NCBI GenBank assembly: GCA_964016885.1
Contig: OZ024744.1
Location: 134,726,001 to 134,790,000, forward strand
DNA: 64,000 nt
Origin: Eledone cirrhosa
Taxonomy: Eukaryota
Direction of reading: 5' to 3'
Shown: positions 37,343 through 49,587 of the stretch, piece after piece
Numbering within the stretch: position 1 is the stretch's first letter
Layout of the letters: each line of letters opens with the position of its first letter
Made by a program: the position numbers and the translations under genes
The notes under the pieces: generated by a model
What the model was told of the DNA's origin: nothing
Database searches by the model: none
What the model saw: the letters and a program-made list of their open reading frames with translations, nothing else

Positions 37343-38787
37343 GTCGGGGTTGAGTTAAGTTGGCGTTAAGTTAAGTTAGGCTTAACTTAAGTTGGGGGTA
37401 AGTTAAGTTGGGGGTAAGTTAAGTTGGGGTTAAGTTAAGTTGCGGTTAAGTTGGGGTTAAGTTAAGTTAGGGTTAAGTTAAGTTGGCGTTGAGTTAAGTT
37501 GGGGTTAATTAAGTGGTGGTTATGTTAAGTTGGGGTTAATTTAAATTGGGGTGAAGTTAACTTTGTGGTTAAGTTAAGTTGGGGTTAAGTTAAGTTGGGG
37601 TTAAGTTGGGGTTGAGTTAAGTTGGGGTTGAGTGAAGTTGGGGTTAAGTTAAGTTGGGGTAAAGTTAAGTTGGGGTTAAGTTAAGTCGGGGTTAAGTTAA
37701 GTTGTGGTTGAGTTAAGTTGGGGTTAATTTAAGTTGGGGCTAAGTTAATTTGTGGTTAAGTTAAGTTGGGGTTAAGTTAAGTTGGGGTTAAGTTAAGTTG
37801 GGGTTAATTTAAGTTGCAGTTAAGTTAAGTTGAGGTTAAGTTAAGTTGGGGTTAAGTTAAGTTGGGGTTAAGTTAAGTTGGGGCTAAGTTAAGTTGGGGC
37901 TAAGTTAAGTTGGGGTTAATTTAAGTTGGGGTTAAGTTAAGTTGGGGTTAAGTTAAGTTGGGGTTAAGTTAAGTTGGTGTTAAGTTAAGTTGGGGCTAAG
38001 TTAAGTTGAGGCTGAGTTAAGTTGGGGCTGAGTTAAGTTGGGGTTAAGTTAAGTTGGGGTTGAGTTAAGTTGGGGTTAAGTTAAGTTGGGGTCAAGTTAA
38101 GTTGGGGTTAAGTTGGGGTTAATTTAAGTTAGGTTTAAGTTAAGTTGGGGTTAAGTTAAGTTGGGGTTAAGTTAAGTTGGGGTTAAGTTAAGTTGGGGTT
38201 AAGTTAAGTTGGGGTTAAGTTAATTTGTGGTTAAGTTAAGTTGGGGTTAAGTTAAGTTGGGGTTAAGTTAAGTTGGGGTTAAGTTAAGTCGGGGTTAAGT
38301 TAAGTTGGGGTTAAGTTAAGTTGGGGTTAATTTAAGTTGGGGTTAAGTTAAGTTGGGGTTAAGTTAAGTTGGGGTTAATTTAAGTTGGGGATAATTTAAG
38401 TTGGGGTTAAGTTAAGTTTGGGTTTAAGTTAAGTTGGGGTTAAGTTAAGTTGGGGTTAAGTTAAGTTGGGGTTAAGTTAATTTGTGGTTAAGTTAAGTTG
38501 GGGTTAAGTTAAGTTGGGGTTGAGTTAAGTTGGGGCTGAGTTAATTTGGGGTTAAGTTAAGTTGGGGTTAAGTTGGGTTTAAGTTAAGTTGGGGTTAAAT
38601 TAAGTTGGGGTTAAATTAAGTTGGGGTTAAGTTAAGTTGGGGGTAAGTTAAGTTGGGGTTAATTTAAGTTGGGGTTAATTAAGTTGGGGTTAAGTTAAGT
38701 TGGGGTTAAGTTAAGTTGGGGTTAAGTTAAGTTGGGGTCAAGTTAAGTTGGGGTTAAGTTAAGTTGGGGTTAAGTTAAGTTGGGGTT

Positions 38788-39004
38788 AACCCCAACTTAA
38801 GTTAACCCCAACTTAACTTAATACCAACTTCACTCAACCCCAACGTAACTCAAACCCAACTTAACTTAACCCCAACTTCACTCAACCCCAACTTAACTTA
38901 ACCCCAACTTCACTCAATCCCAACTTAAGTCAACCCCAACTTAACTTAACCCCAACTTGACTTAACCCCAACTTAACTTAGCCACAACTTAACTTAAGCC
39001 CAAA
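38788..39004 (-). repeat. Inverted block 17, lineage B, 217 bp
   Basis: Carries the AACTTAAGTT, AATACC, CAATCCC and AGCCACAA markers. Confidence 0.96.
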
Positions 39005-39638
39005 GTCGGGGTTAAGTTAAGTTGGCGTTAAGTTAAGTTAGGCTTAACTTAAGTTGGGGGTAAGTTAAGTTGGGGGTAAGTTAAGTTGGGGTTAAGTTAA
39101 GTTGCGGTTAAGTTTGGGTTAAGTTAAGTTAGGGTTAAGTTAAGTTGGCGTTGAGTTAAGTTGGGGTTAATTAAGTGGTGGTTATGTTAAGTTGGGGTTA
39201 ATTTAAATTGGGGTGAAGTTAACTTTGTGGTTAAGTTAAGTTGGGGTTAAGTTGGGGTTGAGTTAAGTTGGGGTTGAGTGAAGTTGGGCTTAAGTTAAGT
39301 TGGGGTAAAGTTAAGTTGGGGTTAAGTTAAGTCGGGGTTAAGTTAAGTTGTGGTTGAGTTAAGTTGGGGTTAATTTAAGTTGGGGCTAAGTTAATTTGTG
39401 GTAAAGTTAAGTTGGGGTTAAGTTAAGTTGGGGTTAAGTTAAGTTGGGGTTAAGTTAAGTTGCAGTTAAGTTAAGTTGAGGTTAAGTTAAGTTGGGGTTA
39501 AGTTAAGTTGGGGTTAAGTTAAGTTGGGGTTCAGTTAAGTTGGGGTTAAGTTAAGTTGGGGTTAAGATGGGGTTAAATTAAGTTGGGGTTAAGTTAAGTT
39601 GGGGTTAAGTTAAGTTGGGGTTAAGTTAAGTTGGGGTT

Positions 39639-39855
39639 AACCCCAACTTAACTTAACCCCAACTTAACTTAACCCCAACTTCACTCAACCCCAACGTAAC
39701 TCAACCCCAACTTAACTTAACCCCAACTTCACTCAACCCCAACTTAACTTAACCCCAACTTCACTCAACCCCAACTTAAGTCAACCCCAACTTAACTTAA
39801 CCCCAACTTGACTTAACCCCAACTTAACTTAGCCCCAACTTAACTTAAGCCCAAA
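39639..39855 (-). repeat. Inverted block 18, lineage A, 217 bp
   Basis: Standard junctions. Confidence 0.96.
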
Positions 39856-42800
39856 GTCGGGGTTGAGTTAAGTTGGCGTTAAGTTAAGTTAGGCTTAACT
39901 TAAGTTGGGGGTAAGTTAAGTTGGGGGTAAGTTAAGTTGGGGTTAAGTTAAGTTGCGGTTAAGTTGGGGTTAAGTTAAGTTAGGGTTAAGTTAAGTTGGC
40001 GTTGAGTTAAGTTGGGGTTAATTAAGTGGTGGTTATGTTAAGTTGGGGTTAATTTAAATTGGGGTGAAGTTAACTTTGTGGTTAAGTTAAGTTGGGGTTA
40101 AGTTAAGTTGGGGTTAAGTTGGGGTTGAGTTAAGTTGGGGTTGAGTGAAGTTGGGGTTAAGTTAAGTTGGGGTAAAGTTAAGTTGGGGTTAAGTTAAGTC
40201 GGGGTTAAGTTAAGTTGTGGTTGAGTTAAGTTGGGGTTAATTTAAGTTGGGGCTAAGTTAATTTGTGGTTAAGTTAAGTTGGGGTTAAGTTAAGTTGGGG
40301 TTAAGTTAAGTTGGGGTTAAGTTAAGTTGCAGTTAACTTAAGTTGAGGTTCAGTTAAGTTGGGGTTAAGTTAAGTTGGGGTTAAGTTAAGTTGGGGTTAA
40401 GTTAAGTTGGGGTTAAGTTAAGTTGGGGTTAAGATGGGGTTAAATTAAGTTGGGGTTAATTTAAGTTGGGGATAAGTTAAGTTGGGGATAATTTAAGTTG
40501 GGGTTAAGTTAAGTTGGGGTTAAGTTAAGTTGGGGTTAAGTTAAGTTGGGGATAAGTTAAGTTGGGGTTAAGTTAAGTTGGGGTTCAGTTAAGTTGGGGT
40601 TAAGTTAAGTTGGGGTTAAGATGGGGTTAAATTAAGTTGGGGTTAAGTTAAGTTGGGGTTAAGTTAAGTTGGGGTTAAGTTAAGTTGGGGTTAAGTTAAG
40701 TCGGGGTTAAGTTAAGTCGGGGTTAAGTTAAGTTGGGGCTAAGTTAAGTTGGGGTTAAGTTAAGTTGTGGTTGAGTTAAGTTGGGGTTAATTTAAGTTGG
40801 GGCTAAGTTAATTTGTGGTTAAGTTAAGTTGGGGTTAAGTTAAGTTGGGGTTAAGTTAAGTTGGTGTTAAGTTAAGTTGCAGTTAAGTTAAGTTGAGGTT
40901 AAGTTAAGTTGGGGTTAAGTTAAGTTGGGGTTAAGTTAAGTTGGGGCTAAGTTAAGTTGGGGCTAAGTTAAGTTGGGGCTAAGTTAAGTTGGGGTTAAGT
41001 TAAGTTGGGGTTAAGTTAAGTTGGGGTTAAGTTAAGTTGGGGTTAAGTTAAGTTGGTGTTGAGTTAAGTTGGGGCTAAGTTAAGTTGGGGCTGAGTTAAG
41101 TTGGGGCTGAGTTAAGTTGGGGTTAAGTTAAGTTGGGGTTGAGTTAAGTTGGGGTTAAGTTAAGTTGGGGTCAAGTTAAGTTGGGGTTAAGTTGGGGTTA
41201 ATTTAAGTTAGGTTTAAGTTAAGTTGGGGTTAAGTTAAGTTGGGGTTAAGTTAAGTTGGGGTTAAGTTAAGTTGGGGTTAAGTTAAGTTGGGGTTAAGTT
41301 AATTTGTGGTTAAGTTAAGTTGGGGTTAAGTTAAGTTGGGGTTAAGTTAAGTTGGGGTTAAGTTAAGTCGGGGTTAAGTTAAGTTGGGGTTAAGTTAAGT
41401 TGGGGTTAATTTAAGTTGGGGTTATGTTAAGTTGGGGTTAATTTAAGTTGGGGTTAAGTTAAGCTGGGGTTAAGTTAAGTTGGGGTTAAGTTAAGTTGGG
41501 GTTAATTTAAGTTGGGGTTAATTTAAGTCGGGGTTAAGTTAAGTTGTGGTTGAGTTAAGTTGGGGTTAATTTAAGTTGGGGCTAAGTTAATTTGTGGTTA
41601 AGTTAAGTTGGGGTTAAGTTAAGTTGGGGTTAAGTTAAGTTGGGGTTGAGTTAAGTTGGGGTTGAGTTAATTTGGGGTTAAGTTAAGTTGGGGTTAAGTT
41701 AAGTTGGGTTTAAGTTAAGTTGGGGTTAAATTAAGTTGGGGTTAAATTAAGTTGGGGTTAAGTTAAGTTGGGGTTAAGTTAAGTTGGGGGCAAGTTAAGT
41801 TGGGGTTAATTTAAGTTGGGGTTAAATTAAGTTGGGGTTACGTTAAGTTGGTGTTAAGTTAAGTTGGGGTTAATTTAAGTTGGGTTGAGTTAAGTTGGGG
41901 TTCAGTTAAGTTGGGGATAAGTTAAGTTGGGGTTAAGTTAAGTTGGGGTTAATTAAGTTGGGGTTAAGTTAAGTTGGGGTTAAGTTAAGTTGGGGCTAAG
42001 TTAAGTTGGGGCTGAGTTAAGTTGGGGCTGAGTTAAGTTGGGGTTAAGTTAAGTTGGGGTTGAGTTAAGTTGGGGTTAAGTTAAGTTGGGGTCAAGTTAA
42101 GTTGGGGTTAAGTTGGGGTTAAGTTAAGTTAGGTTTAAGTTAAGTTGGGGTTAAGTTAAGTTCGGGTTAAGTTAATTTGTGGTTTAGTTAAGTTTGGGTT
42201 AAGTTAAGTTGGGGTTAAGTTAAGTTGGGGTTAAGTTAAGTCGTGGTTAAGTTAAGTTGGGGTTAAGTTAAGTTGGAGTTAAGTTAAGTTGGGGTTAAGT
42301 TAAGTTGGGGTTAAGTTAAGTTGGGGTTAAGTTAAGTTGGGGTTAAGTTAAGTTGAGGTTAAGTTAAGTTGGGGTCAAATTAAGTTGGGGTTAAGTTAAG
42401 TTGGGGTTAAGTTAAGTTGGGGATAAGTTAAGTTGGGAATAATTTAAGTTGGGGTTAAGTTAAGTTGGGGTTAAGTTAAGTTGGGGTTAAGTTAAGTTGG
42501 GGATAAGTTAAGTTGGGGTTAAGTTAAGTTGGGGTTAAGTTAAGTTGGGGTTAAGTTAAGTTGGGGCTAAGTTAAGTTGGGGCTGAGTTAAGTTGGGGTT
42601 AAGTTAAGTTGGGGTTAAGTTAAGTTGGGGTTAAGTTAAGTTGGGGTTAATTTAAGTTGGGGTTTATTTAAGTTGGGGTTAAGTTAAGTTGGGGTTCAGT
42701 TAAGTTGGGGTTAAGTTAAGTTGGGGTTAAATGGGGTTAAATTAAGTTGGGGTTAAGTTAAGTTGGGGTTAAGTTAACTTGGGGTTAAGTTAAGTCGGGG

Positions 42801-43370
42801 TTAAGTTAAGTCGGGGTTAAGTTAAGTTAGGGTTCAGTTAAGTTGGGGTTAAGTTAAGTTGGGGTTGAGTTAAGTTGGGGTTGAGTTAAATTGGGGTTGA
42901 GTTAAGTTGGGGTTGAGTTAAGTTGGTGTTGAGTTAAGTTGGGGTTAAGTTAAGTTGGGGTTAAGTTAAGTTGCAGTTAAGTTAAGTTGAGGTTAAGTTA
43001 AGGTGCGGTTAAGTTAAGTTGGGGTTAAGTTAAGTTGGGGCTAAGTTAAGTTGGGGCTAAGTTAAGTTGGGGCTAAGTTAAGTTGGGGTTAAGTTACGTT
43101 GGGGTTAAGTTAAGTCGGGGTTAAGTTAAGTTGGGGTTAAGTTAAGTTGGGGTTAATTTAAGTTGGGGTTATGTTAAGTTGTGGTTAAGTTAAGTTGGGG
43201 TTAAGTTAAGTTGGGGTTAAGTTGGGTTTAAGTTAAGTTGGGGTTAAGTTAAGTTGGGGTCAAGTTAAGTTGAGGTTAAGTTAAGTTGGTTAGTTAAGTT
43301 GAGTTTAAGTTAAGTTGGGGTTAATTTAAGTTGGGGTTAAGTTAAGTTGGGGTTAAGTTAAGTTGGGTTT

Positions 43371-43539
43371 AACCCCAACTTAAGTTAACCCCAACTTAAC
43401 TTAATACCAACTTCACTCAACCCCAACGTAACTCAACCCCAACTTAACTTAACCCCAACTTCACTCAACCCCAACTTAACTTAACCCCAACTTGACTTAA
43501 CCCCAACTTAACTTAGCCACAACTTAACTTAAGCCCAAA
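43371..43539 (-). repeat. Inverted block 19, lineage B, 169 bp (three monomers short)
   Basis: Has B markers, shares AGCCACAA with block 17, and the junction reads GGGTTT|AACCCC. Confidence 0.95.
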
Positions 43540-44794
43540 GTCGGGGTTAAGTTAAGTTGGCGTTAAGTTAAGTTAGGCTTAACTTAAGTTGGGGGTAAGT
43601 TAAGTTGGGGGTAAGTTAAGTTGGGGTTAAGTTAAGTTGCGGTTAAGTTGGGGTTAAGTTAAGTTAGGGTTAAGTTAAGTTGGCGTTGAGTTAAGTTGGG
43701 GTTAATTAAGTGGTGGTTATGTTAAGTTGGGGTTAATTTAAATTGGGGTGAAGTTAACTTTGTGGTTAAGTTAAGTTGGGGTTAAGTTGGGGTTGAGTTA
43801 TGTTGGGGTTGAGTGAAGTTGGGGTTAAGTTAAGTTGGGGTAAAGTTAAGTTGGGGTTAAGTTAAGTCGGGGTTAAGTTAAGTTGTGGTTGAGTTAAGTT
43901 GGGGTTAATTTAAGTTGGGGCTAAGTTAATTTGTGGTTAAGTTAAGTTGGGGTTAAGTTAAGTTGGGGTTAAGTTAAGTTGGGGTTAAGTTAAGTTGCAG
44001 TTAAGTTAAGTTGAGGTTAAGTTAAGTTGGGGTTAAGTTAAGTTGGGGTTAAGTTAAGTTGGGGTTCAGTTAAGTTGGGGTTAAGTTAAGTTGGGGTTAA
44101 GATGGGGTTAAATTAAGTTGGGGTTAAGTTAAGTTGGGGTTAAGTTAAGTTGGGGTTAAGTTAAGTTGGGGTTAATTTAAGTCGGGGTTAAGTTAAGTCG
44201 GGGTTAAGTTAAGTTAGGGTTCAGTTACGTTGGGGTTAAGTTAAGTTGGGGTTGAGTTAAGTTGGGGTTGAGTTAAATTGGGGTTGAGTTAAGTTGGGGT
44301 TGAGTTAAGTTGGTGTTGAGTTAAGTTGGGGTTAAGTTAAGTTGGGGTTAAGTTAAGTTGCAGTTAAGTTAAGTTTAGGTTAAGTTAAGGTGCGGTTAAG
44401 TTAAGTTGGGGTTAAGTTAAGTTGGGGCTAAGTTAAGTTGGGGCTAAGTTAAGTTGGGGCTAAGTTAAGTTGGGGTTAAGTTACGTTGGGGTTAAGTTAA
44501 GTCGGGGTTAAGTTAAGTTGGGGTTAAGTTAAGTTGGGGTTAATTTAAGTTGGGGTTAAGTTAAGTTGGGGTTAAGTTTAGTTGGGGTTAAGTTAAGTTG
44601 GGGTTAAGTTAAGTTGGGTTTAAGTTAAGTTGGGGTTAAGTTAAGTTGGGGTCAAGTTAAGTTGGGGTTAAGTTAAGTTGGTTAGTTAAGTTGAGTTTAA
44701 GTTAAGTTGGGGTTAATTTAAGTTGGGGTTAAGTTAAGTTGGGGTTAAGTTAAGTTGGGGTTAAGTTAAGTTGGGGTTAAGTTAAGTTGGGGTT

Positions 44795-45011
44795 AACCCC
44801 AACTTAACTTAACCCCAACTTAACTTAACCCCAACTTCACTCAACCCCAACGTAACTCAACCCCAACTTAACTTAACCCCAACTTCACTCAACCCCAACT
44901 TAACTTAACCCCAACTTCACTCAACCCCAACTTAAGTCAACCCCAACTTAACTTAACCCCAACTTGACTTATCCCCAAATTAACTTAGCCCCAACTTAAC
45001 TTAAGCCCAAA
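44795..45011 (-). repeat. Inverted block 20, lineage A (CTTATCCCC), 217 bp
   Basis: Standard junctions. Confidence 0.96.
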
Positions 45012-47914
45012 GTCGGGGTTGAGTTAAGTTGGCGTTAAGTTAAGTTAGGCTTAACTTAAGTTGGGGGTAAGTTAAGTTGGGGGTAAGTTAAGTTGGGGTT
45101 AAGTTAAGTTGCGGTTAAGTTGGGGTTAAGTTAAGTTAGGGTTAAGTTAAGTTGGCGTTGAGTTAAGTTGGGGTTAATTAAGTGGTGGTTACGTTAAGTT
45201 GGGGTTAATTTAAATTGGGGTGAAGTTAACTTTGTGGTTAAGTTAAGTTGGGGTTAAGTTAAGTTGGGGTTAAGTTGGGGTTGAGTTAAGTTGGGGTTGA
45301 GTGAAGTTGGGGTTAAGTTAAGTTGGGGTAAAGTTAAGTTGGGGTTAAGTTAAGTCGGGGTTAAGTTAAGTTGTGGTTGAGTTAAGTTGGGGTTAATTTA
45401 AGTTGGGGCTAAGTTAATTTGTGGTTAAGTTAAGTTGGGGTTAAGTTAAGTTGGGGTTAAGTTAAGTTGGGGTTAAGTTAAGTTGCAGTTAAGTTAAGTT
45501 GAGGTTAAGTTAAGTTGGGGTTAAGTTAAGTTGGGGCTAAGTTAAGTTGGGGCTAAGTTAAGTTGGGGCTAAGTTAAGTTGGGGTTAAGTTAAGATGGGG
45601 TTAAGTTAAGTTGGGGTTAAGTTAAGTTGGGGTTAAGTTAAGTTGGTGTTAAGTTAAGTTGGGGCTAAGTTAAGTTGGGGCTGAGTTAAGTTGGGGCTGA
45701 GTTAAGTTGGGGTTAAGTTAAGTTGGGGTTGAGTTAAGTTGGGGTTAAGTTAAGTTGGGGTCAAGTTAAGTTGGGGTTAAGTTGGGGTTAATTTAAGTTA
45801 GGTTTAAGTTAAGTTGGGGTTAAGTTAAGTTGGGGATAAGTTAAGTTGGGGTTAAGTTAAGTTGGGGTTAAGTTAAGTTGGGGTTAATTTAAGTTGGGGT
45901 TAATTTAAGTCGGGGTTAATTTAAGTTGTGGTTGAGTTAAGTTGGGGTTAATTTAAGTTGGGGCTAAGTTAATTTGTGGTTAAGTTAAGTTGGGGTTAAG
46001 TTAAGTTGGGGTTAAGTTAAGTTGGGGTTGAGTTAAGTTGGGGTTGAGTTAATTTGGGGTTAAGTTAAGTTGGGGTTAAGTTAAGTTGGGTTTAAGTTAA
46101 GTTGGGGTTAAATTAAGTTGGGGTTAAATTAAGTTGGGGTTAAGTTAAGTTGGGGGTAAGTTAAGTTGGGGGCAAGTTAAGTTGGGGTTAATTTAAGTTG
46201 GGGTTAAATTAAGTTGGGGTTACGTTAAGTTGGTGTTAAGTTAAGTTGGGGTTAATTTAAGTTGGGGTTAAGTTAAGTTGGGGTTAATTAAGTTGGGGTT
46301 AAGTTAAGTTGGGGTTAAGTTAAGTTGGGGCTAAGTTAAGTTGGGGCTGAGTTAAGTTGGGGCTGAGTTAAGTTGGGGTTAAGTTAAGTTGGGGTTGAGT
46401 TAAGTTGGGGTTAAGTTAAGTTGGGGATAAGTTAAGTTGGGGTTAAGTTAAGTTGGGGTTAATTAAGTTGGGGTTAAGTTAAGTTGGGGTTAAGTTAAGT
46501 TGGGGCTAAGTTAAGTTGGGGCTGAGTTAAGTTGGGGCTGAGTTAAGTTGGGGTTAAGTTAAGTTGGGGTTGAGTTAAGTTGGGGTTAAGTTAAGTTGGG
46601 GTCAAGTTAAGTTGGGGTTAAGTTGGGGTTAAGTTAAGTTAGGTTTAAGTTAAGTTGGGGTTAAGTTAAGTTGGGGTTAAGTTAATTTGTGGTTTAGTTA
46701 AGTTTGGGTTAAGTTAAGTTGGGGTTAAGTTAAGTTGGGGTTAAGTTAAGTCGTGGTTAAGTTAAGTTGGGGTTAAGTTAAGTTGGAGTTAAGTTAAGTT
46801 GGGGTTAAGTTAAGTTGGGGTTAAGTTAAGTTGGGGTTAAGTTAAGTTGGGGTTAAGTTAAGTTGAGGTTAAGTTAAGTTGGGGTTAAATTAAGTTGGGG
46901 TTAAGTTAAGTTGGGGTTAAGTTAAGTTGGGGATAAGTTAAGTTGGGGATAATTTAAGTTGGGGTTAAGTTAAGTTGGGGTTAAGTTAAGTTGGGGTTAA
47001 GTTAAGTTGGGGATAAGTTAAGTTGGGGTTAAGTTAAGTTGGGGTTAAGTTAAGTTGGGGTTAAGTTAAGTTGGGGCTGAGTTAAGTTGGGGTTAAGTTA
47101 AGTTGGGGGTTAAGTTAAGTTGGGGTTAAGTTAAGTTGGGGATAAGTTAAGTTGGGGATAATTTAAGTTGGGGTTAAGTTAAGTTGGGGTTAAGTTAAGT
47201 TGGGGTTAAGTTAAGTTGGGGATAAGTTAAGTTGGGGTTAAGTTAAGTTGGGGTTCAGTTAAGTTGGGGTTAAGTTAAGTTGGGGTTAAGATGGGGTTAA
47301 ATTAAGTTGGGGTTAAGTTAAGTTGGGGTTAAGTTAAGTTGGGGTTAAGTTAAGTTGGGGTTAAGTTAAGTCGGGGTTAAGTTAAGTCGGGGTTAAGTTA
47401 AGTTAGGGTTCAATTAAGTTGGGGTTAAGTTAAGTTGGGGTTGAGTTAAGTTGGGGTTGAGTTAAATTGGGGTTGAGTTAAGTTGGGGTTGAGTTAAGTT
47501 GGTGTTGAGTTAAGTTGCAGTTAAGTTAAGTTGAGGTTAAGTTAAGGTGCGGTTAAGTTAAGTTGGGGTTAAGTTAAGTTGGGGCTAAGTTAAGTTGGGG
47601 CTAAGTTAAGTTGGGGCTAAGTTAAATTGGGGTTAAGTTACGTTGGGGTTAAGTTAAGTCGGGGTTAAGTTAAGTTGGGGTTAAGTTAAGTTGGGGTTAA
47701 TTTAAGTTGGGGTTAAGTTAAGTTGGGGTTAAGTTAAGTTGGGGTTAAGTTAAGTTGGGGTTAAGTTGGGTTTAAGTTAAGTTGGGGTTAAGTTAAGTTG
47801 GGGTCAAGTTAAGTTGGGGTTAAGTTAAGTTGGTTAGTTAAGTTGAGTTTAAGTTAAGTTGGGGTTAATTTAAGTTGGGGTTAAGTTAAGTTGGGGTTAA
47901 GTTAAGTTGGGGTT

Positions 47915-48131
47915 AACCCCAACTTAAGTTAACCCCAACTTAACTTAATACCAACTTCACTCAACCCCAACGTAACTCAACCCCAACTTAACTTAACCCC
48001 AACTTCACTCAACCCCAACTTAACTTAACCCCAACTTCACTCAATTCCAACTTAAGTCAACCCCAATTTAACTTAACCCCAACTTGACTTAACCCCAACT
48101 TAACTTAGCCCCAACTTAACTTAAGCCCAAA
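47915..48131 (-). repeat. Inverted block 21, lineage B, 217 bp
   Basis: Has B markers and a CAATTCC variant. Confidence 0.96.
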
Positions 48132-49370
48132 GTCGGGGTTAAGTTAAGTTGGCGTTAAGTTAAGTTAGGCTTAACTTAAGTTGAGGGTAAGTTAAGTTGG
48201 GGGTAAGTTAAGTTGGGGTTAAGTTAAGTTGCGGTTAAGTTGGGGTTAAGTTAAGTTAGGGTTAAGTTAAGTTGGCGTTGAGTTAAGTTGGGGTTAATTA
48301 AGTGGTGGTTATGTTAAGTTGGGGTTAATTTAAATTGGGGTGAAGTTAACTTTGTGGTTAAGTTAAGTTGGGGTTAAGTTGGGGTTGAGTTAAGTTGGGG
48401 TTGAGTGAAGTTGGGGTTAAGTTAAGTTGGGGTAAAGTTAAGTTGGGGTTAAGTTAAGTCGGGGTTAAGTTAAGTTGTGGTTGAGTTAAGTTGGGGTTAA
48501 TTTAAGTTGGGGCTAAGTTAATTTGTGGTTAAGTTAAGTTGGGGTTAAGTTAAGTTGGGGTTAAGTTAAGTTGGGGTTAAGTTAAGTTGCAGTTAAGTTA
48601 AGTTGAGGTTAAGTTAAGTTGGGGTTAAGTTAAGTTGGGGTTAAGTTAAGTTGGGGTTCAGTTAAGTTGGGGTTAAGTTAAGTTGGGGTTAAGATGGGGT
48701 TAAATTAAGTTGGGGTTAAGTTAAGTTGGGGTTAAGTTAAGTTGGGGTTAAGTTAAGTTGGGGTTAATTTAAGTCGGGGTTAAGTTAAGTCGGGGTTAAG
48801 TTAAGTTAGGGTTCAGTTAAGTTGGGGTTAAGTTAAGTTGGGGTTGAGTTAAGTTGGGGTTGAGTTAAATTGGGGTTGAGTTAAGTTGGGGTTGAGTTAA
48901 ATTGGTGTTGAGTTAAGTTGGGGTTAAGTTAAGTTGGGGTTAAGTTAAGTTGCAGTTAAGTTAAGTTGAGGTTAAGTTAAGGTGCGGTTAAGTTAAGTTG
49001 GGGTTAAGTTAAGTTGGGGCTAAGTTAAGTTGGGGCTAAGTTAAGTTGGGGCTAAGTTAAGTTGGGGTTAAGTTACGTTGGGGTTAAGTTAAGTCGGGGT
49101 TAAGTTAAGTTGGGGTTAAGTTAAGTTGGGGTTAATTTAAGTTGGGGTTAAGTTAAGTTGGGGTTAAGTTTAGTTGGGGTTAAGTTAAGTTGGGGTTAAG
49201 TTAAGTTGGGTTTAAGTTAAGTTGGGGTTAAGTTAAGTTGGGGTCAAGTTAAGTTGGGGTTAAGTTAAGTTGGTTAGTTAAGTTGAGTTTAAGTTAAGTT
49301 GGGGTTAATTTAAGTTGGGGTTAAGTTAAGTTGGGGTTAAGTTAAGTTGGGGTTAAGTTAAGTTGGGGTT

Positions 49371-49587
49371 AACCCCAACTTAACTTAACCCCAACTTAAC
49401 TTAACCCCAACTTCACTCAACCCCAACGTAACTCAACCCCAACTTAACTTAACCCCAACTTCACTCAACCCCAACTTAACTTAACCCCAACTTCACTCAA
49501 CCCCAACTTAAGTCAACCCCAACTTAACTTAACCCCAACTTGACTTATCCCCAACTTAACTTAGCCCCAACTTAACTTAAGCCCAAA
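49371..49587 (-). repeat. Inverted block 22, lineage A (CTTATCCCC), 217 bp
   Basis: Standard junctions. Confidence 0.96.
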
